In this document: piece by piece, positions 1-9,712 of the stretch
Position numbering within the stretch: position 1 is the stretch's first letter
Layout of the letters: each line of letters begins with the position of its first letter
Assembly: GCA_949358305.1 (NCBI GenBank)
Contig: OX442314.1
Location: 21,142,001 to 21,206,000 of the forward strand
Direction: 5' to 3'
Length of the DNA: 64,000 nucleotides
Source of the DNA: Strigamia acuminata
Taxonomy: Eukaryota
The notes under the pieces: generated by a model
Told to the model about the DNA's origin: nothing
What the model saw: the letters and a program-made list of their open reading frames with translations, nothing else
Databases searched by the model: none
Position numbers and translations under genes: made by a program

Positions 1-2425
1 TGACAAGTTCGCAAATTTCAGAGTCCCGACTCTTACTACTGTTAAAATAAATTAAATCTTTGAAAAATGCTACTACCGACTTTTTCGTCTCTCGATGAGC
101 GATCTTGCACGCGACTAAACCACATTGAATAATCGGTTTAAACATTGTTGATTGTACGAAAGGAACCATTATTCGTCTCTGGTACCTCGAGCATAACCTG
201 AATAAATCCTCAACTGTGTCGGGGTGATTATGTAGATTATTAGGACCATCTAACAATAAGAATGTTGGCACACATAACGCTACCAGCATTTCGAGCAAAG
301 CTGCATGATAACCTGGAAACTCATCACATTCATCGACTAAAATACTCCCCAAATACAAATAACACGAATGAGGATGTTGCGGATACAGTTGCACAATCAA
401 TTTGACTACTGGTTCCAATAAACATGAGGATTGTGGACCCACACACCGAATCATATAACGAATGCACTTGCAACAACTTTCGATGATTCGATGATCGTGT
501 TGAAATTTAAGTAACGTTTCGGATAGAATCGGCCAAATTTCCTGTACGACATCCGTACAAGGATGCGTTACTCCCTCCGCAATGGTTAATCGTAGATTCC
601 TAAAAATGGCCGTCAGACGATTGAGCGAATTTATCGGCGAATCTTTTGACCCGTCCTGAATCGTTCGAAACAGCTCACCCGTTTGGATCAAACACATTTG
701 CGAAACTCCTTTCGATATCATCGGAAATGGCATTTCAGCCAATATCCGAGCTGTGCCTTTGAATAAACCAACAGCCGCTTTGTTAAATTGCTGCATATTC
801 CGTAAAATAAGCAGAAGGCCGTCAAAATGAAGACGCATCTCACCCGTGGCGAAAATGCAGATGTCTTGTAACGCACTAGCCGCCATCGTGGCTAACTGTG
901 GCTGATGTAAGCATTTCAACAAGAAATTAAGAATCGATTCGATGGTCTGAGGATGGTGCGAGATCCATTTGCACAATTGTCCAACCAGTTGAACACACGT
1001 CAACCGTAGTGCCACGTGAGCGGAGTCTGGTAAATTGAGAATGGCCCCTAACACGTCCGGAATAATTTCGCTCTTAGAAACATTATCGGCAACGGCGCAC
1101 ATGACGAACAACGACGCCTCCAACATGTCCCATGTGTTATTTCCCTCGTTTTTAAGATCCTCAAACATTTGTCGAAAACAATCGCACGAGCCCACAACGA
1201 AAACAACATTTTTTATCAAATCCGAAACTCTCGCACGAAACTCGACGAAATCGTCCCCGTCTTTGAGTAGTCCTTCCAAACCAGGTTCCAACCGACAATG
1301 TTTGCGCAGAGCCGCTAAAAGTCTCACTACGTACGGTTTAAACATCTCCAAGTGCGTATCGTTAGATGGTTGCAGAAATTCGCTCAATCGAAACCAAAAA
1401 TTGAACGTGATTTCGGCCACTTCGCGATCGTTATTTTCCGAACAAACAAGAACCATCTCCAACGTCCGCAAACTGCCTGTCCCTTGGCCCGGCGTTTTCA
1501 TGATATCTTCCACGAGTGACTGTGCGAGCTCTGTGAATAATCTGCAAAAATTCACGCACTTGTCGTTATCCCCCACCTTAACCGACAAATGATACGGTTC
1601 GATCAAAGTGTGCACACCTTGCAGCAAAGCCTGTTTCAACCCCACGTAAGCATCCCGCTCTTCGAATATCACCAAGGCTTGGCAAATACAATCACTCGCG
1701 GCACCGTGCACCATCGAAGGGGCGTCGCAATTTCCCAACGAACGAAATACACCGAACAATAAGGAACTGTGAGCGAGTTCCACGCTCGGTATTGCACCGA
1801 CGTCCAACCAATTGCCCAAACATTTTAGAATTGTCGCATATATTCGAGGATCAGTCGTGCCGAAGGCTTCCGTATACGCGACCATCAACTGCAACAACAT
1901 TGGACCGACTAGCGTAAACTGATGCCTTATCTCTTTCCTTCGGTCCGTACCTAACCGTGGCGAGAAGTTGTGAAATTCCTCCGGAAGAACCGTGAGTATT
2001 TCCAGAAGCGCGGGGATAAGTTTAACATTCGTACTCAACTGTTCGAACAGTTCTAGAAACGCCATCTTCCACGAGACCATTTGCAAAGCCAGATCAGCCA
2101 ATGCGAGACACAACTGCGTTAGAATGACGAAATCATTTTTGGAAACCGTACAGATGTGCTGAACTAACGAATCGCGCAAAAGGTGGTGCGATTCCGGTGG
2201 CAACTCGTGGAAGGAGAACTGGATTTTCGTTCTCAGCGTTTGTGCCGCGAAATAAGAAGAGGTGAAGTCTCGATTCTGCCGAAGCAATTCGTCCGATATT
2301 TTCCAAGCAAATACGGATTTCTGAAATTCACACAGCCACGAAGATGCTTTTTGCTTTCCCGAGACATCGGAATCGTGATACAACGCATGAATAGCGCGGT
2401 ATACGTCGTCTGAAGTCATAGTCAT
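1..2425 (-). CDS. TNPO3: Transportin-3 / transportin-SR (importin-beta family); no introns seen; 3' end lies outside the window
   Basis: ATG at 2425 gives MTMTSDDVYRAIHALYHDSDVSGKQKASSWLCEFQKSVFAWKISDELL...YFAAQTLRTKIQFSFHELP. Later motifs include DDFVEFRARVSDLIK and NHPDTVEDLFRL. The same frame still reads at base 2 (...AHRETKKSVVAFFKDLI...). It is missing from the ORF track, consistent with no stop inside the window. Confidence 0.92.
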   Translation of the reverse strand, partial: MTMTSDDVYRAIHALYHDSDVSGKQKASSWLCEFQKSVFAWKISDELLRQNRDFTSSYFAAQTLRTKIQFSFHELPPESHHLLRDSLVQHICTVSKNDFVILTQLCLALADLALQMVSWKMAFLELFEQLSTNVKLIPALLEILTVLPEEFHNFSPRLGTDRRKEIRHQFTLVGPMLLQLMVAYTEAFGTTDPRIYATILKCLGNWLDVGAIPSVELAHSSLLFGVFRSLGNCDAPSMVHGAASDCICQALVIFEERDAYVGLKQALLQGVHTLIEPYHLSVKVGDNDKCVNFCRLFTELAQSLVEDIMKTPGQGTGSLRTLEMVLVCSENNDREVAEITFNFWFRLSEFLQPSNDTHLEMFKPYVVRLLAALRKHCRLEPGLEGLLKDGDDFVEFRARVSDLIKNVVFVVGSCDCFRQMFEDLKNEGNNTWDMLEASLFVMCAVADNVSKSEIIPDVLGAILNLPDSAHVALRLTCVQLVGQLCKWISHHPQTIESILNFLLKCLHQPQLATMAASALQDICIFATGEMRLHFDGLLLILRNMQQFNKAAVGLFKGTARILAEMPFPMISKGVSQMCLIQTGELFRTIQDGSKDSPINSLNRLTAIFRNLRLTIAEGVTHPCTDVVQEIWPILSETLLKFQHDHRIIESCCKCIRYMIRCVGPQSSCLLEPVVKLIVQLYPQHPHSCYLYLGSILVDECDEFPGYHAALLEMLVALCVPTFLLLDGPNNLHNHPDTVEDLFRLCSRYQRRIMVPFVQSTMFKPIIQCGLVACKIAHRETKKSVVAFFKDLIYFNSSKSRDSEICELV

Positions 2426-3630
2426 TGCGATATTTCGAATATATACTCTTCCTATTACTACGATTATAATCTTTCCCTTATGTCCTTGCTCTTTCCCTTA
2501 TGTCCTTGCTACAGCTAAAACGAATTAAATCGATAGAATAAACAAATAATTGACACTACCTGTTTATATATTAAGAAATAGGATACACGTTAATCCGACG
2601 TTTCTCGCGCATATAGTGGAAACGTATAACTCAACATAGCTGGCTATTCATTCCTTGTTCATCTTCTTTCTCCCCCCACGTTTTCTCTTTTCCACGATTT
2701 TATTTCTTTTTTGCTTTTTCTTCTGTACCTAAAAAGAATTAGTTTCTATATATGATGAAAGTTTCGTTTCATAATATATATAAGAATTTCTAACCTTTTC
2801 TTTCATCTCGTAAATCGGCTATGTTCATAACTTCCGTTTTAAGAACATACGATGATGATGTGTGATGATAGCCTGCAATGTCTGGCGACAGGAATGCTGT
2901 CCCTAATCAACCGTGACGCAGCTCCTCTTCTTCGTTATCATGATATGAGCAACAAACTTGGGTCCGCAGAATTGGTATTATCGTACCACTATCAAAGATC
3001 ACATCACACACATCGCACCACGTCAAGACACTTTCAAATTGATTGACTCCGAACCATTCATTTCGTCTCATTTGTTGCTTAATATCTTAATATCTCACAT
3101 TGTCAGAATAAAACATAGCTGTTTATTTGATGACTCGAACCTTTGATGTATCAACTCCGATTCATTGTTTATAATCGACATTTTGTCCAATTTCGAATTA
3201 CACTGTGCTGATCTCTCGTGTGGGAAATATAAAAATATTAATACTACAACGCTGCTAGAGTACTTTTATTTTTACGTTCATTATGTAAATAAATTGAATG
3301 TTTTTTTCTTTTACGACAAAGACGACAAATTAGTAAATTATAAAGAAAATTATAAATATTAAATATTAAACATTCATAAATGTCCCTTTTTAAGCAAAAA
3401 TTGCTTTTGAAGTTATATTTTCAATTAAAAAATTGCATTTTCGGGTGAAAAAAATGCCTTTTAAATTGTATGCACAACTGTTTTTCACTCCACTAAAATA
3501 TCACATCAGTGGAATTAGCAACGACCTTTTAAATTACCCGGTGTCTGTTTACGTATTTACGCCTGCGCCGTACTCGGCCCACAAACAGCGCCGCCGAAAG
3601 AGAGAACGAGTAACTAATCATTTTGAAATC

Positions 3631-5231
3631 ATGGCGACGTCTGTGTCGGAAAAGGATGATCGACGTAAACAAGTATGCCCAATCTTAATCGAAACCAATT
3701 TTATCAAATTTATGAAAATTCCCTTCAAACGTTATGTTTTGTTTCATTCTGTCTAGGTTATGGTGGGAGAATTACCGTTGGACTTTCTGCGAGTTGCCCC
3801 CACAACACTGCAGCAGCAAGTGGCAGCCGACGAACAAGCGGCGCTCTTATTACAGCACCAGCTCACGGGTTCTTCGTTTTATCCACCGAATGCAGTCGGC
3901 AAATTCAACCTAACAATTGCCCAGGTACAAAAATAATTTTATTTAAATAAAATTAAACAAAAAAAAAATAATAATACGCTAATAATTTTCCTAGGCGAAA
4001 CTTGCCAAAAACTATGGTGTCACACGCATGGATCCGTATTGTCGTGTCCGAATCGGCCACACGATTTACGAAACACAAACCGACCACAACGGAGCGAAAA
4101 TTCCTCGCTGGAACAAAATCATGCAAAGGTCAATCTAGTGTTGCAATACATCTCCATATTTCTCATTTTCCTAATTCTATGTTTCTAGCTATTTGCCATC
4201 TGGTGTCAACACCTTTTATTTGGAAATATTCGACGAGGTACGTTCATTTCCGTCGAGAATTATTTGCAACATATTCATTATCAATTTCACAACGAACGCA
4301 ATCTATCAATAATCTATGACTCATTTCCAACACAACAAAAATGAATCTTCCTTAAAGATTATTTTTTTTTATGTCTCGTTAGTGCGCATTCACTCCCGAC
4401 GAACGAGTTGCTTGGGCCAATATTCACATTCCAGAATGTGTATTCAAAGGCGAGACGGTCGACGATTGGTATCCCTTAAATGGCCGTCAAGGAGACGAAA
4501 AAGAAGGAATGATTAACCTTATTATGACGATGACGGTATTATCTCTGTTTTACATCTAACACTTTGCTCCCCCGTAATAGAAAATAAACTAGTCCATTCC
4601 GCTGAACTAATGACGCATCAGCGAGTGTAAAAAGGGAGAAAAAATGGTGTTTCTAGTGCTCCCATTCATCGTCCCGTTTCCCCGTTGGCACAGACGAACA
4701 GTTTATTCGAATTATTCTAATTTCCCTCCCGTTTACGTGCAGCCTGTAGGGGCCGGTCAACCGATGATGTACCAAGCCCCAGTTGTCATGGTACCAACGC
4801 CAGCATACGCACCTGGTTACTACCCAACTACTGGTAAGAATAATTTGTCAAAATGTCCCGACAACCGAGTTAAATACTCACTCGTTGCTGCATGAGCCTG
4901 TAGTTGATCAAATTCGACCGTTTTCTTTCTACCTGCATGTTCAGTGATAAACTATACGCAACCAACTGTCGCTTATCCTCCTGCAGGCCCACCACCTGTT
5001 CAACAGCCTCTTTACACGGATCAGGATATTAAACAGGCGAGTTGATAATTTTAATTAGAGAAATCAGAAATTGGTTTTTGGTTGGTTAAATAACTGTGTT
5101 TTCGTACATTTTAGGTGCAAGAAATGTTCCCCAGTGTGGAATTGGAGGTAGTTCGCTCAATAATGGAAGCCAATGGTGGGAATAAGGATGCTACAATTAA
5201 CATATTGCTTCAAATGTCGAATGATAATTAA
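3631..5231 (+). CDS. TOLLIP: Toll-interacting protein (TBD, C2, CUE domains), multi-exon
   Basis: Spliced translation [27 protein letters not shown]...[45 protein letters not shown]...; CUE domain [42 protein letters not shown]. Confidence 0.93.
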
Positions 5232-5524
5232 GTTTGGTCGATTGTTTTTGTGTTTGACAAATTTAAATGATGGGCATTTAATTATTCTATATTGTTTATG
5301 ATGATGTTGTAAATCAATTTAAAATGTAAATATTTTTTGTCTTTTTTAAATTATGCCAAACCCCTATTTGTGTTTTAGGTGGATATATATTTCTCGGATT
5401 AAACAATCTGATCTTATTTCTCTTGGGTGTGAAATGTTGTTCTTAAAAGAATGCACATGTTATAAAACTTGAAAAAACGTTAGTATATTTTAAAAAAAAC
5501 AATTAAAAAAGGAGATAAAATGAA

Positions 5525-5697
5525 TTTTTTTGATAATTTAAGGATAATAATAAATAAAGAAAAAAAAGATTCAAACAAGAACTTTTTGGATAATTTAAGG
5601 ATAATAATAAATAAAGAAAGAAAAGATTCAAACAAGAACTTTTTGGATAATTTAAGGATAATAATAAATAAATAAAGAAAGAAAGAAATTCAAACAA
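5525..5697. repeat. ~57-bp AT-rich tandem repeat, about 3 copies, between the convergent 3' ends of Tollip and the SYCP1-like gene
   Basis: Unit resembles ttttggataatttaaggataataataaataaagaaagaaaagattcaaacaagaac; it produces the 19-aa repeat in the spurious ORF 5503..5739. Confidence 0.85.
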
Positions 5698-5735
5698 CAA
5701 CAAAATGAAATAAATTTTTAAAAAAGTAAGAAAAC

Positions 5736-8700
5736 TCAATCACTGAACTTGAACACGTCGTCTATGTCCATGTCGCTCCTGTCGCTCCTTCCGCTCCATT
5801 GAATGGCGGGAGAACATTTCTCTTTACCGGCGATCGGTTTGTTGGGTGTGGGAGTTTTGGGTTCGGTCAAATTACGCACCGATTTACGTCGAGGTGTCCC
5901 GTAGCATGTTTCGTTCTGCTTCTTATTCGAGCTCATTTCCGACAATGGCATATCTGACTTCTAAGATTAAAAAATTAAAATAAAATTTCTTTTATTTAAT
6001 GTAAAGGAAAAACAATTACCTTTCTCTTTTCAGGGGGCGGAGTAGCTGCGATTTTATCGAATTTATTCTATAAATAAAAATCATTTGAATTAGTGCGAAA
6101 ACAAATTACGTTTGAGCAGTTACGTCTGCAGATAACGAATGTGAAGAAATGACGGGGGAAAAAGTAACTCGTTTTCTAGCAGATTGGGTTGATCGGATGC
6201 TCACCGCTGGTTTCTGCGACAACTGTTAAAAATAATTGGAAAATATAGTTCAATGTTGTCTTTCGGCCATTATTACAATACCAATTCTTCAGTATCATCA
6301 GTATCGTCTGTCGGGGTAAATACAGTGCCGATTTTTGACGTTTTCGCAGTCTTTACATTCTTATTGTTAGTTCCAGCACTTTTAGCTCGCACTTTAGCCA
6401 AAGTGTTCGCAGTTTTGGGCGTTGCCGCTGCTCTTTTCGGTTTGTTCGGAGCCGAATTCTTCTGAAGTAATTCAATTTCGGCAGCCTTTCAGCCATCAAA
6501 TTAAAAATATATGTATAAAACTGGTTTAAAATAAATATAAAAATTTTTAAAATGTTAATACTTGTGCAGTATTCTTTTCTTTGAGCAAATTATTTTCATC
6601 TTCCTGCTTCTTTGTTAATACTTTCAAGTCATTTATTGCTTTAGAATCGATTAGAGTTTGATTTCTCGACTCAGTTTCTTTCGTTTCCAACTCTTTTTGC
6701 AAGTTCGCATAATCTTCTTTATGCTTTCTAATTTGTTCGTCCATATTATTCAGTGTCATCACTAGTTTTTGCTAAAAATAAATATATAATTGTATAAATA
6801 ATATTCAAATTCCTTTAAAATACAAGTATTACTTCTTGCAATTTCATGTCAAATTTAATTCCCGTCCATAAATTTTCAAAATAACCGGAAGACTTCTTTA
6901 AATTTTCGTTTTCCTCAGTTAAACTTTTAACCTATTTAAAAAACCGAAATAAAATCAAGTAAAAATATTGTTCTCGCAAAATATGTACTTGTGTTTCCAA
7001 ATCGTCTTTAGCCTCTTGTGCGTAAGCAAAATTAGCACGACTTTCATTCAGTTCTAACTTACTACTATCTATGCTGAACTGCTTTTCATCAATGGTATCT
7101 TTCAACTTAAGCATGACAGACTGCAATAATAATCAATAATAACCATGAAAAATTAATAAAACAAACATATTTAAATATTACTGACCTCCATGTCACTTCT
7201 ATTGTCCTTTAACCCATTAATTTCACCTTCTAAACAGGTTTGTTCATTTAGCAATGCTGACATCTTCGTGTCATTTTCCTCCATCTAAAATCATATATTA
7301 AGATTTAGTAAATTTTTTAAAATTGAGAGCTTAAAATGAGCAATAATACTCTCGTTTCCATCTCAGTTATTTGATTTTGTAATTCTGAGAACCGAACTTC
7401 GTTTTCCATCAATTTATTCCTAATATAGATGTAGATGTATATCAGTAAACAAATGATTATAATACTGAAATTAAATTGTTTACTCTTTATCTTGCAATTT
7501 CTCTTCTAAACTGAGTACACATTCCTGTAAAAACAAAAGGAAAAAATATATTTTTTTTTACTTTGTGTGTAATTATTACCTTTTCATTTCGTATCTTAAC
7601 ATTAAGTTCTTCCAAATCCATTTCATTTTTCACTTGGGTCGTTTGTTTTTCCTCCATTAAATTAGCGATTTGCTTAGCCAGGTCTTCGTTTTGAAACTTT
7701 AAGTCTTCCAACGTTTTATTCACCACGGCCAATTTTATATTAGTTTCAGCTTCTAAATCGCCTAAATAAAAAATTTTAAATTAAAATCAAAATCAAATGG
7801 TAAAGTTTAATTAATTTTTTTTCTTTTTTACTATTTTCTTTCATTTTTTCGTCAATTTTTTCGTTTAATCCTTCAATTGTTTGGTTCACTCCTTCCAATT
7901 GTTTGTTTTTTTTATCAATTTCGCTTTTAAGTTTAGATATCTGACAAATAATGTAGTTAATATTTTAATTAACATTCAATTTCTTTAATAATCCTCTTAC
8001 TTCTCCTTCGTATTGTTCACTTTCGAGCTTCAGGCTCGCTTCCACCGTTTCACGCTGTTGACATTCAGCAGAAACTACAAAATCAACAATTAAATAATAA
8101 AATTAATCAATACATTTTTAAGAATTTTAACCCTTACTTCGATCTCTCAATTGATTACAATTCTCTTCGCAAGCTAAGTTTACGTGAACAAATTTATTTT
8201 CCAGTTTTTCTACTTCTTTGGAGCAACAACTTGTAAAATCAGTCAACTCGGTTTCCAATGCTTCAACTTAAAAAAAATAATAATAATTAGAAAAAAATAA
8301 TTGCATTTAGAATTAAAGTTCATTACATTTTACGCAACGTTGCTTCATAACATCAGAATTAGTTTTCAAAGCTTCAGCTAACGACCACAACTTTCTCATG
8401 CTGCAAAAAAAGTTGAAAATTAAATTACTTCACTCCATCACAATAAATAAATCATAGAATAACGAATACCTTTCAGCAGCTTCCTGTCTTTTATCCGTTT
8501 CATCTTGAAATTTGTGACTGAGACTTTCATTGTCAAGTTGTAAATTTGTTATAGTTTTCCTTTGGTTTGCAACAATTTTGTTCAATTCGGCAAGTCGTTT
8601 TTCTTTCTCTTTCAACAAATTTTCGTTGTCGACTTTGTTTTTAGCCATAGCATCAATTTTACTTTTCAATAATGAAAATGAGTGCGCCTTTTCTTCAGAT

Positions 8701-9063
8701 TTGAATTCCATCACTTCGGTGCTTCTCGTTTGGTTTAATTCTGTAAGTGTAACTGCACAAACACATTAGAATCAAATAAATATATAACAACCTATTTTTC
8801 ACGACTAAAAATACCAGAATTTCTAGTCTGACTACGTTGAACTTGCTGTACCGAATTGTTTACATTCAAATGAATAACCTGCTAATAAAATTTTTCGATT
8901 TGTTAATGCGATTGGAAGGCGCTATAAAATCTAGGAAACAACATGGAAAATTTACCTGCGTACTTGGATTCCCATTTGAATCTAATTTCGGCGAAGTCAT
9001 CGCGTAAAAATTATTAAAAAGCCTTTTTGTGCTTCCTGATGAAAATCTACTGTTCTCCATCAT
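5736..9063 (-). CDS. SYCP1: Synaptonemal complex protein 1-like transverse filament protein (long coiled coil, basic S/T-P-rich tail), many short exons
   Basis: The exon at ~8470-8750 encodes FSLLKSKIDAMAKNKVDNENLLKEKEKRLAELNKIVANQRKTITNLQLDNESLSHK, which matches the conserved SYCP1 N-terminal motif without gaps. Heptad-rich exons follow, then a K/R- and TP/SP-rich tail ending DIDDVFKFSD*. Confidence 0.75.
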
Positions 9064-9134
9064 TTGAAAATATAGGTGTAAATCACGAATGTTGTAAGAT
9101 GATGAACGGAAATTTACGATAAATTTTAACTTAA

Positions 9135-9224
9135 AAATGGCGCGACCTCCCCGAAAAAGTATAACGGCGCTGCGAGTTAAGGTTTTTTTTTTTTTTTTTT
9201 TTTACATCACCATGGCAACCGTTA
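9135..9224. promoter_or_regulatory. Proximal promoter motifs of the SYCP1-like gene: YY1-like AAAATGGCG, two MYB-type TAACGG, RFX X-box
   Basis: aaaatggcg ~9135; taacgg ~9162; atcaccatggcaac 9206-9219; ccgtta 9219-9224. Confidence 0.35.
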
Positions 9225-9712
9225 TTCTTAAAATTTTTAAATCAAGAATCCTTTGTTTTTATTCCGTAAATATGTGCTAAAATTTAAAATAAAATTACAA
9301 AATAAAATTGCCGAATCAAATTTAATATTTTTTTTTCCATTTTACTCACACGTTCGCACTCGGTTGCGAAATTGAATGACTTTACCTAGAAAAAAAATGT
9401 GAACACGAAACCTAACAAAACTTAATTTTTCATAATACATTATTTAATTTTAAAACATACACTACAATGGATTACACTATACACAGTCTACTAACATAAA
9501 TACTTGCAAAAAAATAATGACTAGAACTTTGGGTTTTTTTTCTTTTAATAAAATAAAAACACAAAATAAAATAGAAATAAAACGCTATAATACAACAGCA
9601 AAGTGAACATATAAATCAATCGCCACTTGCTAGAATGAGTTTTGAGTGAGGCCTAACAACTGTCCTCCAAACGGACTTTTACTCCTTTTACAGTGTTCAT
9701 TTCATTCCATCT

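Noticed and set aside
1035..2413. Plus-strand ORFs of 185 aa and 76 aa
   Set aside because: Antisense shadows of the TNPO3 coding sequence with no recognisable protein features
2850..3215. Possible C/D snoRNA (TGATGA...CTGA), or a minus-strand ~55-codon Cys-containing ORF (MRRNEWFGV...)
   Set aside because: Boxes are too far apart with no terminal stem; the ORF has no recognisable homology or splice context; possibly a decayed repeat
4944..4986. Upstream Tollip acceptor (ttcag|tgataac) that looks like Pro-rich coding sequence
   Set aside because: Out of phase with the preceding donor; the acceptor at 4986 restores the CUE frame
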